Origin: Candidatus Latescibacterota bacterium
GTDB taxonomy: Bacteria; Latescibacterota; UBA2968; GCA-2709665
DNA length: 64,000 nucleotides
Direction: 5' to 3'
Assembly: GCA_965219995.1 (NCBI GenBank)
Contig: CBDCOX010000002.1
Span: forward strand, 4,480,001-4,544,000
Positions 19,013 through 30,015 of the stretch are shown here, one piece after another. The notes below the pieces were generated by a model. It was given only the letters and a program-made list of their open reading frames with translations, made no database searches and had not been told where the DNA came from. Made by a program: the position numbers and the translations under genes. The first letter of the stretch is position 1, and every line of letters starts with the position of its first letter.

Positions 19013-20131
19013 TCATCGCCAGACCGAACGCAACGTCTTCGCCAGCTGCACGAGACTCTCCAGATTGTGCGCGGCCATGAAATGATCCAGGTAGGGCAAC
19101 GCCGTCTTCATGCCCAGACAAAGCGGCTGGTACCCGGGGCTGCCCAGCAAAGGGTTCAACCACATCAGCTTATGGACGCGTCTGCGAAGCCGCTCCATTT
19201 CCCGCCGCATGAGGTCCGCGTCTCCGCGGTCCCAGCCGTCGCTGACGATGATCATGACGGTCTTGGCTTTCAACATCTCCCGGGCGAACCGGTCGTTGAA
19301 CTCCCGCAGACAGCCGCCGATATCCGTTCCCCCGGCCCAGTCGTGGACCGTATCCGCCACCTCCCGGAGCGACTCCTCCACGCTCTTGTTCTTCAGCAGC
19401 CTGGAGATCGGGGTCATCCGCGTGGAGAAAACCCCCACCTCGACGTCGCGTATTTCCCGCTTCAGCGCGTAGATGAATTGAATCAGGAACTGGCTGTAGC
19501 AGTCCATGGACCCGCTGACGTCGCACAGCAGCATCAGCTTCGTTTTCTTGATCCGCCGCCTGCGCCGTGCGAGGGCGACACCGTCCCGCCCGTACAGGGC
19601 GTTTCTGCGCCAGGTCCTCCTGAAGTCAATCTCCACGCCCCGTTTCTGCGGCTCCCGCCGCCGGCTGCGCCGGTTTGCGATGATGTCCACAATCTGTGCG
19701 ATGACCTGCCTGGCTTTCTCGATTTCCTTGTCGCTCATGGCCGCCAGGTCCTTGCTCATCAACGCTTCCTCGGGGCTGTACCCCACCTCCTCGGAGTCAC
19801 CCTCCCCGTCCGTGTCCTCCTCCTCCGTGACGGTGTCGACCGGCTCGTCGAGTTGATCGGACACTTCCAGGTTCTGATCGTCTTCGTCGTCCGCGACCTC
19901 CATCTCCATGGTGCTGACCGGAGCGCTCCAGAATGCGTGAAATACGCGATCGAACGTGTCCAGGTCGTCGAAGCGGGACACCAGCGTGGCCCTCGCGGCC
20001 GCGTAGAAATCGCCGCGCCTGCCGATGTCGATGAACCTGAAACTCTGACAGAAGTCGATCAGATTGCCGGAATTCACATCCACACCGGCCCTGTGCAGGG
20101 CCCGCGAAAAGGCCACAACCCGGCCCATCAT
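19013..20131 (-). CDS. CoxE-like VWA domain protein
   Basis: MIDAS motif LCDVSGSM, WAGGTDIG, IVSDGWD, WLNPL; start placed at the ATG with a GGAG RBS (start uncertain). Confidence 0.9.
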   Translation of the reverse strand: MMGRVVAFSRALHRAGVDVNSGNLIDFCQSFRFIDIGRRGDFYAAARATLVSRFDDLDTFDRVFHAFWSAPVSTMEMEVADDEDDQNLEVSDQLDEPVDTVTEEEDTDGEGDSEEVGYSPEEALMSKDLAAMSDKEIEKARQVIAQIVDIIANRRSRRREPQKRGVEIDFRRTWRRNALYGRDGVALARRRRRIKKTKLMLLCDVSGSMDCYSQFLIQFIYALKREIRDVEVGVFSTRMTPISRLLKNKSVEESLREVADTVHDWAGGTDIGGCLREFNDRFAREMLKAKTVMIIVSDGWDRGDADLMRREMERLRRRVHKLMWLNPLLGSPGYQPLCLGMKTALPYLDHFMAAHNLESLVQLAKTLRSVWR

Positions 20132-20202
20132 ACTCCTGTCTTCAACCCGTCCTGCATTCATGCGGTCCAATCCCCGGAATCGCTCCTGATTACGTTTTCG
20201 CG

Positions 20203-21117
20203 TCAGTTCTTCAGCCGCATCGCCCGATCCTTCAAGGCCCGCGCCTTTTCGATGATCTGCGGCAGGCCGTCCTCCTGGAGCTTTTCAATGTCCTCCTTGT
20301 ACTTCAGCACGCAGCCCAGCGTGGCGTTGACGGTGTCGGAATCGAGGTCGTCGATTTCCATCTGCATCAGCGCCAGCGCCCAATCGATGGTTTCCGCGAT
20401 CCCCGGGCGCTTGTAGAAATCCCGTGTGCGCATCAGCTGCATGAACCCGCACACCTGCTGGGCAAGGCCCGTTTGAATGCGGGGAACCCGTGAGGCGACG
20501 ATTTCCATCTCTTTCTTGAACGTGGGATAGTCGATCCACAGATAGAGGCAGCGCCGCTTGAGCGCATCGTGCAGTTCGCGGGTGCGGTTGGAGGTGAGCA
20601 CCACAAACGGCACCTTCTGCGCGGAAATCGTGCCGATCTCCGGGATGGTAATCTGGAAATCCGACAGCACTTCCAGCAGAAATGCCTCGAACTCCTCGTC
20701 CGACCGGTCCACCTCGTCGATCAGCAGCACGGGCGGGTTGCTTCCGCTGCCCTGAATGGCCCGGAGAAGCGGTCGTTTCAGCAGGAAGTCCTCGCTGAAA
20801 ATACTGCGGCCGATCTCCTGTTTTTCGATGCCCCGGGCCTCTTCCAGGCGCATCTCCAGCATCTGTCTCGGATAGTTCCACTCGTACAGAGCCGTATTGG
20901 CATCCAGGCCCTCGTAACACTGCAGCCGGATCAGGTCCGTTTCCAGGATCTGCGCCATGACCTTGGCGACCTCTGTCTTTCCTACCCCCGGCTCTCCCTC
21001 CAGAAAAATCGGTTTTCCCAGCGCCACGGCCAGGTAGACCGTTGTGGCAAGCGTCCGATCGGCGATATACCCCTCCCGACCGAACCGCGTCTCCACTTCC
21101 TCGATTGATTTTAACAT
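20203..21117 (-). CDS. CoxD-like MoxR AAA+ ATPase
   Basis: LEGEPGVGKT, RLQCYEGLD, LLIDEVDR, LHDALKRRC. Confidence 0.92.
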   Translation of the reverse strand: MLKSIEEVETRFGREGYIADRTLATTVYLAVALGKPIFLEGEPGVGKTEVAKVMAQILETDLIRLQCYEGLDANTALYEWNYPRQMLEMRLEEARGIEKQEIGRSIFSEDFLLKRPLLRAIQGSGSNPPVLLIDEVDRSDEEFEAFLLEVLSDFQITIPEIGTISAQKVPFVVLTSNRTRELHDALKRRCLYLWIDYPTFKKEMEIVASRVPRIQTGLAQQVCGFMQLMRTRDFYKRPGIAETIDWALALMQMEIDDLDSDTVNATLGCVLKYKEDIEKLQEDGLPQIIEKARALKDRAMRLKN

Positions 21118-21138
21118 CCGACCCGTTTCTCCCCTTTC

Positions 21139-21693
21139 TCAGCCCCGGGACCGATCCATCGAACGGCTGCTTTCCTCAGATCGCGCCACCCACGCGCGAA
21201 GCGCTTCGACCGTACTTCGAAACGCCAACTCAGACCAGGGAATGCGGCCTGGAGGGTACGTCCGGACTTCCAACGTCTCGAAGTTTCCCTTCAGATTGCC
21301 TCCGACCACGACGCCCGTGTACACAACCAGTACCGTTGTTTCATTGGGGTACGAATAGATGCCGAGCAGGTCTTCGATCTCGACCTCCAGCCCGACCTCT
21401 TCCATGGCTTCCCGCGCCGCCGCGGATTTCACCGGTTCGCCGCGGTCGACGTATCCGCCCGGAAAGACCCATTTCCCCATCCCGGGTTCGATGCCCCGCT
21501 TCAGGAGCACAAGCTCTTCATTCAGCGTTACGATCACGCCGGCAGCCACTTTCGGGTCCAGGTAGACCACGAAGCCGCAGGCCGGACAGACGGGGCGAAT
21601 GCGGTCATCGACCGGTTTCAACACCAGCGCCGCGCTGCATCTTTCGCAGAATCGGGCGCCGTCGGCGTGATGCGCGGTATGGTCGCTCGCCAC
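21139..21693 (-). CDS. NUDIX hydrolase with N-terminal zinc ribbon
   Basis: FCERC...CPAC zinc ribbon; PGGYVDRGE...AAREAMEEVG Nudix box; start approximate. Confidence 0.88.
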   Translation of the reverse strand: MASDHTAHHADGARFCERCSAALVLKPVDDRIRPVCPACGFVVYLDPKVAAGVIVTLNEELVLLKRGIEPGMGKWVFPGGYVDRGEPVKSAAAREAMEEVGLEVEIEDLLGIYSYPNETTVLVVYTGVVVGGNLKGNFETLEVRTYPPGRIPWSELAFRSTVEALRAWVARSEESSRSMDRSRG

Positions 21694-21976
21694 CGGGAAG
21701 AGGCCCTCCAGCCAGTGTTCTGTCCCGGAAACAAGCCGCCTGAATCTGCGGAAGAATGGTGAGGTATTTTCGGGACAGAACACCAGTTGCGCCTGAACGT
21801 CTAAATATACGGGTTTGGAACTGCTTCACAAGCCCTTTTTCCTAACCATGCAGCCTTGGGCTATCCACAAAAAACCGCAGCCGGCTTGCGGCATGCGTTC
21901 GTAAATTCAGACGTGGGGCCATCGGCTTCACGCGGCTCGACGCAGTGCGTTCGTCAGGGTTCGTCCAAACCCTGAT

Positions 21977-22657
21977 TTATTCTTCCTCTCCGATATTCTC
22001 CTTCTGGTGACGCACGATCCGGCCCTGCACCAGGAACACCGCGTTCTCGGCGATGTTGGACGCGTGGTCGCCCATCCGCTCAAGATGCCTGGAGACCAGA
22101 ATCAGGTGAATCGCCCGATCGACCGCATCCGCTTCCTCCGGGTAATGCAGATAGGTCAGCAATTCTCTGAAGATCTGATCCCTGAGCGCATCCACCACGT
22201 CGTCTCGACGACGCACGTCGTTTGCCAGGTCCACGTTCCGGTTGACAAAGGCGTCCAACGCATCCTTGACCATGCCCCGGACGAGTTCCGCCATTCTGGG
22301 GATGTCGATCAGCGGCTTCAGGAGGGTTGCCCGGTTCAATACAAACGCCCGCTGTGCGATATTCACCGACTGATCGTTGATCCTTTCCAGGTCGTAATTG
22401 ATCTTCATCAGGGTCGCCATCAGGCGCAAGTCGCCGGCCACGGGCTGCCGCACCGCCAGCAGCTTCAGGCACGCATCTTCGATGCGTACCTCCCAATCGT
22501 CAATTGCCGCGCCGCCGGCAACTACGGTATTGGCGAGATCGTTATCCCGTTCGAGCAAGCTCTTCACGGCCTGGTCGATGGACGCCTCCACCGCGCCGCC
22601 CATTGCCAGCAACTCGCTCTTCAACTGTTCCAACTGCTGATCCAATGTCCGTTCCAT
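21977..22657 (-). CDS. phoU: Phosphate signalling protein PhoU
   Basis: QPVAGDLR, DLERIND, HLERMGDHASNIAE. Confidence 0.95.
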   Translation of the reverse strand: MERTLDQQLEQLKSELLAMGGAVEASIDQAVKSLLERDNDLANTVVAGGAAIDDWEVRIEDACLKLLAVRQPVAGDLRLMATLMKINYDLERINDQSVNIAQRAFVLNRATLLKPLIDIPRMAELVRGMVKDALDAFVNRNVDLANDVRRRDDVVDALRDQIFRELLTYLHYPEEADAVDRAIHLILVSRHLERMGDHASNIAENAVFLVQGRIVRHQKENIGEEE

Positions 22658-22695
22658 TATCAGCCCCGTTCGTTGAAGTCCGACCGACCTGACGG

Positions 22696-23490
22696 CTATC
22701 CGAACCTGCCGGTCACATAGTCCTCCGTCTGTTGCAGATTCGGGTTCGTAAACATCTCTTCGGTACGAGCGTATTCAACCAGCTTGCCGAGGTAGAAGAA
22801 TGCTGTCCGGTCCGAGATACGGGAAGCCTGCTGGAGATTGTGGGTCACAATCACGATCGTATACCGGCTCTTCAACTCATTGATCGTCTCTTCAATGCGT
22901 CCGGTGGCGATCGGATCCAGCGCGGAACAGGGCTCGTCCATCAGGATTACCGACGGCTCCACCGCGATCGCGCGCGCGATGCAGAGGCGCTGCTGCTGTC
23001 CCCCGGACAACCCCAGCGCGGACTCGTCGAGTCGATCCTTGACCTCGTCCCAGAGTGCCGCCGCCCGGAGGCTTTTCTCGGCCACCTCATCCAGAACGGG
23101 ACGCCGGTTCTCCCCGGCGATGCGCAACCCGTACACGACGTTTTCGAAGATTGACTTGGGAAACGGATTCGACTTTTGAAACACCATACCCACCAACCGC
23201 CGGAGTGATATGACATCGTATCCCTGGGCGTAGATGTCTTCTCCCTCGATCCGGACCCCGCCATCGATCCTTACCGAGTCGATCAGATCGTTCAAACGGT
23301 TCATACAGCGGAGCAACGTAGACTTCCCGCAACCGGACGGTCCGATAAACGCGGTGACGTTGTGCCGGGGTACGTTCAGACTGATGTCGAACAGCGCCTG
23401 GGCGTCGCCGTAGTGCAGACTCAGGGATTCGACCTCGACGACCGGTTTCTCAGGTGCGGTGTCGACCTGCTTCGTGGGTTCCACGCCCAT
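22696..23490 (-). CDS. pstB: Phosphate ABC transporter ATPase
   Basis: [32 protein letters not shown], terminal YVTGRFG. Confidence 0.96.
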   Translation of the reverse strand: MGVEPTKQVDTAPEKPVVEVESLSLHYGDAQALFDISLNVPRHNVTAFIGPSGCGKSTLLRCMNRLNDLIDSVRIDGGVRIEGEDIYAQGYDVISLRRLVGMVFQKSNPFPKSIFENVVYGLRIAGENRRPVLDEVAEKSLRAAALWDEVKDRLDESALGLSGGQQQRLCIARAIAVEPSVILMDEPCSALDPIATGRIEETINELKSRYTIVIVTHNLQQASRISDRTAFFYLGKLVEYARTEEMFTNPNLQQTEDYVTGRFG

Positions 23491-23540
23491 CCTTATTGAC
23501 TCCCGATTGAAAGACCGTCTGGAGAGCTGTCGAAATGCCG

Positions 23541-25145
23541 CTACAGTCCGACTCTCTGGTATCGTTTGCGCAAGCGCGACCTGACCTGGATCGCCGTCAG
23601 ATTCAGCGCCAGCACGATAAACATCAGCAACAGCGTGGTGGTATACACCATCGGGCGGGCGGCCTCGACATTGGGCGACTGGAATCCTACGTCATAGATG
23701 TGAAAGCCCAGATGCATGAACTTGCGCTCCAGGTGAAAAAACGGCCAGTTGCCGTCCACGGGCAGCGTGGGCGCGAGCTTCACCACCCCCGTAATCATCA
23801 ACGGCGCAACCTCGCCCGCGCCTCTGGCCACCACCAGCACGATTCCGGTCAGAATGCCGGGTAACGCCGCGGGAAGAACGACGCGCCAGATGGTCTGGAA
23901 CTGGGTCGCACCCAGCGCAAGAGAACCCTCCCGGACCTCTCCGGGCACGGATGCCAGCGCCTCCTCAGAAGCCACGATCATCACCGGTACGGTCAACAGC
24001 GCCAGCGTCAGCGAGGCCCACAGAATGCCCCCGGTTCCGAACGTGGGCGCAGGCAGCGCCTCGGGGAAAAAGAGCAGGTCCAGACTCCCGCCCACTCCGT
24101 AGACGAAGAATCCGAGTCCGAACATGCCGAAGACGATCGAAGGTACTCCAGCGAGGTTATTCACCGCGATCCGGATCGCCCGCACCAAGGGCCCCTGCTT
24201 CGCGTATTCACGCAGATACAGCGCCGCCAGGACGCCAAACGGCACGGCCGCCAGACTCATCAGAATGACCATCATGACCGTACCGAAGATCGCGGGAAAC
24301 ACGCCGCCTTCGGTGTTGGACTCGCGCGGTTCCGCGGAGAGGAATTCCCAGACCCTCTCCAGGTATATGCCCGTCTTGCCAAAGACACCCAACCGGTTGG
24401 GCCGATACGCGCGCACGACGTCAGCCACCGCCAACCGTCGTATCTCTCCGCCAGCCAGCCGGACCTCCAAATGAGGGACTTCGCTCTCCGCCCTGAGTCG
24501 GTTCAGGTCAGCGGCCAACGATTCATAGCGCGTCCAATATCGGCGGCTTGCCGCGTCCAGCTGCGAAATCCGTTCCTGCTGCGCGTCATCCGCCAGTTCA
24601 CGCCTTCGTTTTTCCAGGCGAAGCTGTTCGATTCGCCGGTTGAGATCCGATATGGCGTTGTACTCGATGTCGCGGATTCGATCCAGAAGCACGCCCGTTC
24701 GCCGCATCTGCTTCTGAAACGCCGCCCAGCCGGCCGTGCCGCCTCCGGCGACTCTCTCCTCACCCTCGAACACGCCGTCCAGAAACCCGAACAATTTTCC
24801 CCATTCGCGCCGCTCAAACACAACCGCGCTCTCGGGAAATGTCCGGTCCTGAATCCGCGACTCGTCGATCCACCGGAAGTCAACGCCGTATACGTCCCGG
24901 TTCGCCATTTTCAGTTGAACCCGGAATTCCCCGTCCCGGTTGGGAATCTCCTGCCTGTCCCACAACTGCCCCATCACAACCGCGTTGTCTTTCAGGCCAA
25001 TTGCGGTCAGGTCGGCCGGCCAGAAAAAGCCGAGCCCGTTATAGACTACCAGGCCGATCAGCCCGACGATCATCAGCACACAGAAGGCCAGCGCACCGCC
25101 CGTCAGCCAGATATATGCCTGCCCTGATTTCCAGAATCCGTTCAT
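23541..25145 (-). CDS. pstA: Phosphate ABC transporter permease PstA (long form with periplasmic insertion)
   Basis: [33 protein letters not shown]. Confidence 0.95.
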   Translation of the reverse strand: MNGFWKSGQAYIWLTGGALAFCVLMIVGLIGLVVYNGLGFFWPADLTAIGLKDNAVVMGQLWDRQEIPNRDGEFRVQLKMANRDVYGVDFRWIDESRIQDRTFPESAVVFERREWGKLFGFLDGVFEGEERVAGGGTAGWAAFQKQMRRTGVLLDRIRDIEYNAISDLNRRIEQLRLEKRRRELADDAQQERISQLDAASRRYWTRYESLAADLNRLRAESEVPHLEVRLAGGEIRRLAVADVVRAYRPNRLGVFGKTGIYLERVWEFLSAEPRESNTEGGVFPAIFGTVMMVILMSLAAVPFGVLAALYLREYAKQGPLVRAIRIAVNNLAGVPSIVFGMFGLGFFVYGVGGSLDLLFFPEALPAPTFGTGGILWASLTLALLTVPVMIVASEEALASVPGEVREGSLALGATQFQTIWRVVLPAALPGILTGIVLVVARGAGEVAPLMITGVVKLAPTLPVDGNWPFFHLERKFMHLGFHIYDVGFQSPNVEAARPMVYTTTLLLMFIVLALNLTAIQVRSRLRKRYQRVGL

Positions 25146-25171
25146 TCAACTCGCTCCGGACGGATCGGGAT

Positions 25172-27424
25172 TCATATCCTGCTGTACCGTTCGCGCAGCC
25201 GCTGCCGCACGATTTCCGCGAGGGTGTTGACGACGAAGGTGACTCCCGCAAGCAGCAGGCCGGTGAGAAACAGGACCCGGTAGAGTGTTCCTTCGTGCGG
25301 CGCCTCCGGGATTTCCACGGCGATATTGGCCGACATGGTGCGCATCCCGTTGAAGATGCTCCAGTCCATAATCGGCGTGTTCCCGGTCGCCATCAAGACG
25401 ATCATCGTTTCGCCGACCGCCCGCCCGAACCCGATCATCGTAGCAGAGAAAATGCCCGGACTGGCGGTCGGGAGCACGACGCGGACCGCCGTCTGCCACG
25501 GCGTGGCGCCCAGCGCCAGAGACCCGGCGCGAAGGTGTGACGGAACGCTCGTCAGCGCGTCTTCGCAGATCGTGTAAATGATGGGAATGACCGCAAAACC
25601 CATTGCGAATCCCACAACGATGCAATTCCTCTGGTCGTAGCGGGTCCCGGCGGAATCCGCGAGCCATCTCTGGAAATTCCCGCCCCACAATGCGCCTTCC
25701 AGCCATGGACCCAGGGCCAGTGCCAGCCAGATCCCGACGAGAGACACCAATACGTAGAAAATCTCCGGGCCCGGCAGACGGTTCATTGCGCGGCGCGGCA
25801 GCCGGGACCAGACCCAGGAAGCTGCAATTACCGTGAGCGCAACCGTCGGCAGCAGCAGCAGAACCCCCACCACCTGGCGTTCCAGCAACGGCGCCAGCCA
25901 GAGACCCCCCAGAAATCCGAGAATCACGCTTGGCAGCGATGCCATCAGCTCCACCGTGGGTTTGACGACGTTGCGCACGCTCGGGCGGGCGAACTCGGAC
26001 GTATAGATGGCGGCAAGTACAGCCAGCGGAAGGGCGAAAAACATCGCGTAGAACGTGCCCTTGGCCGTGCCGTACGCCAGGGGGACGATGCTCAGCTTCG
26101 ACTCGAATTCGTCGGTGCCGCCGGTGGACTGCCAGACGTACTCGGGTTCGGTATATCCCTCGTACCACAGTTTGCCGAACAGCGTTTTCAGCGTCACTTC
26201 CGGGTGCGGATTGGACAGCCGGTAATGGTTTAACGTGCGGCCGGCGTCCAGAGAAAGGAAGCCGTCTGCCTTGGGTGCGAACGCCAGATCGGTGACGCCG
26301 GATCCGTCCACCAGTTCGAAAAAAGTCTGACCAGATGTCATATGGTGCAGCATGACGTGTCCGCCCGCGCTACCGGTCAAAAACTGTTTGTCTCGGGCGG
26401 ACGGCGCAATCGCACGCACCGCCGTGCGATGGGACCGGAATTTGTGCACTCTCCGGAAAGTCGTAGAACCGCCCCCGGCAGGTCCGCGCACGGGTGACCA
26501 CGTACTCACGCGGCCTCCGGCGTCGCCGATCGCCACGGATACGTCGCCAAGCAAATACACGACCGCCGTAATCGCCAGGTCCGATGCACGAAATCGCTGC
26601 ACGAGGGACGGGGCCGCCTTGGCGTTCGAAACGTCCCAGCAGTACACCTCTCCGCGGTCCGTACCCGCCAGAAGACGGCGGCTGTTTCCGTCGACCAGAA
26701 CCGCTGTCGGCCTGCCGTCGACTTCATTCGTCAATTCGTGGACGTACGTGGCAAGCTTACCCCCGCCCAGCAGCCCCCTCTTTTTCTGTCTGCAGGCCAC
26801 GAGCAGCCGGCCGGACGCCGTGATTCCGGCCGCGGTGGACCGCCGTGCCCCGTCGGAGCGAAATACAACCTGAACGATCGGTTCGCCCATTACGTCCAAC
26901 GGCACATGTTCCTTGACCTGAAACTCGGGCGTGACCCGTCGTTTGCCATCCGGGTAGGTTATACGATAGTTTACCGCTGCCACGGCGACGCGGCCATCCG
27001 ACAACCCCAGACCATGATTTCCGTCGGTAAGCGACGAATGCACCGATATCACACGCCGGCCCCGAAATTCGTCGCCACGTACCCGGCTGATCGTTTCACC
27101 GGATGCCAGTCGGATAAAATCAATGCCTTCCGGCCGGACCAGAAACGCCACTTCACGATAGGGGTCCGTGTTTACGGCCAACGTCCGTTGGGCATCGCTT
27201 CGGTCGAGTGTGTGGCGATTCACAATCGTCGCCGGAGCAGGCGACAGGAATAGCGGAAAGGATTCACGAAATACGAAGGCCAGAATGCCCAGCACCACCA
27301 GGATGACCCCGACGCCGCCTATGGCGATCACCCATCGGCCGAGACGGTCCATTGTGCGCGCCGCGGGCGTGATGCCGGGGCGAGAACGGGGTCCGCCTGC
27401 ACTGTTTTGGCTCGGTTGCGCCAT
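25172..27424 (-). CDS. pstC: Phosphate ABC transporter permease PstC (long form with beta-propeller domain)
   Basis: WQSTGGTDEFESKLS, ELMASLPSV, GRAVGETMIVLM. Confidence 0.93.
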   Translation of the reverse strand: MAQPSQNSAGGPRSRPGITPAARTMDRLGRWVIAIGGVGVILVVLGILAFVFRESFPLFLSPAPATIVNRHTLDRSDAQRTLAVNTDPYREVAFLVRPEGIDFIRLASGETISRVRGDEFRGRRVISVHSSLTDGNHGLGLSDGRVAVAAVNYRITYPDGKRRVTPEFQVKEHVPLDVMGEPIVQVVFRSDGARRSTAAGITASGRLLVACRQKKRGLLGGGKLATYVHELTNEVDGRPTAVLVDGNSRRLLAGTDRGEVYCWDVSNAKAAPSLVQRFRASDLAITAVVYLLGDVSVAIGDAGGRVSTWSPVRGPAGGGSTTFRRVHKFRSHRTAVRAIAPSARDKQFLTGSAGGHVMLHHMTSGQTFFELVDGSGVTDLAFAPKADGFLSLDAGRTLNHYRLSNPHPEVTLKTLFGKLWYEGYTEPEYVWQSTGGTDEFESKLSIVPLAYGTAKGTFYAMFFALPLAVLAAIYTSEFARPSVRNVVKPTVELMASLPSVILGFLGGLWLAPLLERQVVGVLLLLPTVALTVIAASWVWSRLPRRAMNRLPGPEIFYVLVSLVGIWLALALGPWLEGALWGGNFQRWLADSAGTRYDQRNCIVVGFAMGFAVIPIIYTICEDALTSVPSHLRAGSLALGATPWQTAVRVVLPTASPGIFSATMIGFGRAVGETMIVLMATGNTPIMDWSIFNGMRTMSANIAVEIPEAPHEGTLYRVLFLTGLLLAGVTFVVNTLAEIVRQRLRERYSRI

Positions 27425-27476
27425 TTCCTGATCCTACGCCCTTCCTGCCGGACCCGGAACGGGGTTCGGCCGCGGG

Positions 27477-28454
27477 TTACATGCCGGACGCTTCCAGCTT
27501 CGCGAGTTCTTCTTTAACGACCTCGAACGGCACCGGCATGTAACCGTCCTTGATGATGACTTCCTGGCCTTCTCTTGAAAAGATGTACCTGCAGAACTCA
27601 CGCACCATCGGGTCCAGGGGCTTACCGGGAGTCTTGTTGATGTAGATGAACAGGAACCGGCCCAACGGATAAGTGCCGTCCAGTACATTCTCCATGCTGG
27701 CGTCTCTGAATCCATCCTCCGGATCCTCCGCAAGAGGCACCACACGCACATTCGACGTCCTGTATCCTATTCCACTGTATCCAATCCCGTACAGGTCTTC
27801 CGCCACACCCTGGACGACCGAAGCCGACCCCGGCTGTTCCTTGACCTCATCCTTGAAATCCCCCTTGGAAAGGGCGTTCTTCTTGAAGAAGCCATAGGTG
27901 CCGGAGGCCGAATTGCGGCCGTACATGCTGATCATCGCGGATGCTTCCTCTCCGGTCCATCCCACCTCGTTCCAGCGCGTGATGTCATTCGGATGGCCCT
28001 TTCGGCGGGTCTTCGAAAAAATCGCGTCGACCTGCTTCAGCGTCAATCCATTGACCGGATTGTCCTTGTTCACGAAAACCGCCAGTGCGTCCAGAGCCGT
28101 TCGCAACGCCGTGGGCGGGTAGCCGAATGCATGCTCGAACTTATCCACCTCCGTCGCCTTCATCGCACGGGACATGGGTCCGAACTGCGCCGTGCCTTCA
28201 ATCAGCGCCGGCGGAGCGGTGCTGGAACCCTTGCCTTCAATCTGGACGTTCACATTCGGATAGTATTTCCGAAAGCCCTCGAGCCACAGGGCCATCAGGT
28301 TATTCATTGTATCCGATCCGATGCTGCTGGCGCTTCCCGAAATTCCCCTCGCCTTTGTGTAGGCCGGAATTCGCGGGTCGACCTCCACGGTCTGCGCGCT
28401 TACAGGAACGACGGCGAACATCAGAAAGATCAGACCGGCGACTGTTTGAAACAT
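27477..28454 (-). CDS. pstS: Phosphate ABC transporter substrate-binding protein
   Basis: GSDTM, GKGSSTAP, PMSR, GRNSASGT; signal peptide from MFQTV with an AGGAGG RBS. Confidence 0.95.
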   Translation of the reverse strand: MFQTVAGLIFLMFAVVPVSAQTVEVDPRIPAYTKARGISGSASSIGSDTMNNLMALWLEGFRKYYPNVNVQIEGKGSSTAPPALIEGTAQFGPMSRAMKATEVDKFEHAFGYPPTALRTALDALAVFVNKDNPVNGLTLKQVDAIFSKTRRKGHPNDITRWNEVGWTGEEASAMISMYGRNSASGTYGFFKKNALSKGDFKDEVKEQPGSASVVQGVAEDLYGIGYSGIGYRTSNVRVVPLAEDPEDGFRDASMENVLDGTYPLGRFLFIYINKTPGKPLDPMVREFCRYIFSREGQEVIIKDGYMPVPFEVVKEELAKLEASGM

Positions 28455-28563
28455 GTCTGCACTCCTCCTTGATTCAGGGTGATCGTCTGAAGATATTCGG
28501 GCGTCAATGTAACCGGCCAATGTTACGTTCGTGTGTCGATTGCCGGACGTCCGGAGAAAGCCA

Positions 28564-29538
28564 TTAGAATTTGTAGAACACCGTCATACGCGGGATGACC
28601 TCGGTATCCGCGTCCGAGGACGCGTAAATCGTAGCCATTACATTGGGCATGATGTGAATATTCCCGGCCGGCGCGATGTCGACGCCTCCGATGACCATGG
28701 TTTCCCCGTCCTGCTCCGTGCTCTTGTCGGGATCGTAATAGTCGAGGCGGGCGAATAGTTGGACCCGGGGCCTGACGTTTGCGGCGCCGAATACCGATGC
28801 ACCTCGTATCTGCACGTCGCCGCCGCCGCTCCCGTTCCGGTTCATTCTGAAAAACCCTTCAATTCCCCCACGGAAAGCCTCTCCTGACATACCCAGCATA
28901 CCGGCAAACGTGACGCGGTCTCTCCCTTCGGGTTTGCCTTCCCAGTCCAGGTAGACCGTGGCTTCGATGACGTCCGTCGGTTTCACGTGAAGTAACGTGT
29001 ACAGCTTCTTGCCGTTGTCGACTTCCGGCCGCTGTCCGCTCCCGTTGCCGAACATCAGTTGAGCGTTCACCCTTCCCGAACCATCCAGCCTTCCCTTGAA
29101 TCCCACCCCGATGTCTGCGGACGAGCCGATCTTGCGCATATCCATGATCGTTTTTGCGATCGACCGGTAGCCCCAGATTCGTTCGGACACGTTCCAGGTG
29201 GGCGTGCCGAACAGCCCCATATTGACGGCCCGACCGTTCGCCCGGTACCGCAGATAACCGTGCTTGACGAACGGCCGCATCTTGTCCTCTCGGCCAAATC
29301 CCGCATCATTGGCTTCGTAACGTACCCGGCCGGACCAGCGGTCGTTCCATTTCATATCGTACGTCAGGTATATGCGCCGGAACCTGAAGCCGTTTTCGTT
29401 CTTGTCCGTTCCGCTCGCAACGTAGTAATAGTCGCCGAAAGCCACCCCCTTGATCTTGCCTTCGACGCCTTCGGCAGTTCCGAACAGGCCGAGGCTCAAC
29501 ACGGCGACGATTCCCAGGATGGTCCCGTTTAGTCGCAT
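28564..29538 (-). CDS. Outer-membrane porin, putative phosphate-selective
   Basis: Signal peptide MRLNG..., GFRFRRIYL, amphipathic beta strands, C-terminal Phe; first gene of the pst operon. Confidence 0.75.
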   Translation of the reverse strand: MRLNGTILGIVAVLSLGLFGTAEGVEGKIKGVAFGDYYYVASGTDKNENGFRFRRIYLTYDMKWNDRWSGRVRYEANDAGFGREDKMRPFVKHGYLRYRANGRAVNMGLFGTPTWNVSERIWGYRSIAKTIMDMRKIGSSADIGVGFKGRLDGSGRVNAQLMFGNGSGQRPEVDNGKKLYTLLHVKPTDVIEATVYLDWEGKPEGRDRVTFAGMLGMSGEAFRGGIEGFFRMNRNGSGGGDVQIRGASVFGAANVRPRVQLFARLDYYDPDKSTEQDGETMVIGGVDIAPAGNIHIMPNVMATIYASSDADTEVIPRMTVFYKF

Positions 29539-29720
29539 TTCTCCTCCCTGCTGTCTTCGGTTTATCGATCGACCCGCGCCGATTCCCGGCGGTTGCGGCG
29601 GTTCACCCCGTGATGGTCCGGGGGCGGCGGCTCGCCCGGAAGGCTGAACGCCCGAATTTTGACCTCGAACGCAGACCCGTTGCCCCCCGTCTTCCGCATC
29701 CTGAACCAAGGTGTACAATA

Positions 29721-29770
29721 TGTTACGCTTTCATTACGATCGGGTGGCAGTTGTGTGACGAACAGGTTAC
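29721..29770 (-). promoter_or_regulatory. Pho-box array (five 11-bp-periodic half sites) upstream of the porin-pst operon
   Basis: Minus strand GTAACC/GTCACA/GCCACC/GTAATG/GTAACA at exact 11-bp spacing (+ coordinates 29765, 29754, 29743, 29732, 29721). Confidence 0.8.
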
Positions 29771-29872
29771 GATCTCCGGGTCGGACCCCGCCAGAACGCG
29801 GCGGGAAGCCGGCGGAGGCACAAGCGGCAGTCCCGTCCCGGAATCAACCCCCGTCGGATACCCTGCGAAAAC

Positions 29873-29927
29873 GTCATTGAATCGTAACGATTCCGTAACC
29901 CGGTCTAAACAACCGGTTCGTTACTTT
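29873..29927 (+). promoter_or_regulatory. Pho-box array and -10 upstream of the TonB receptor operon
   Basis: GTCATT 29873, GTAACG 29884, GTAACC 29895, TAAACA 29906 (11-bp period); TACTTT at 29922 lies 10 nt after the last unit. Confidence 0.78.
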
Positions 29928-30015
29928 GACGCCGATCAGAGGGAGCGGGGCCGCCGACACGTTGAATCCGGAACGCGACGGCCTGAAGAAACATCAGCCG
30001 AGGAGCGAGAATCCC

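Noticed and set aside
23541-27424. Unusually long PstA and PstC with extra domains
   Set aside because: Long forms with periplasmic/beta-propeller insertions are already known in other Gram-negative pst operons.
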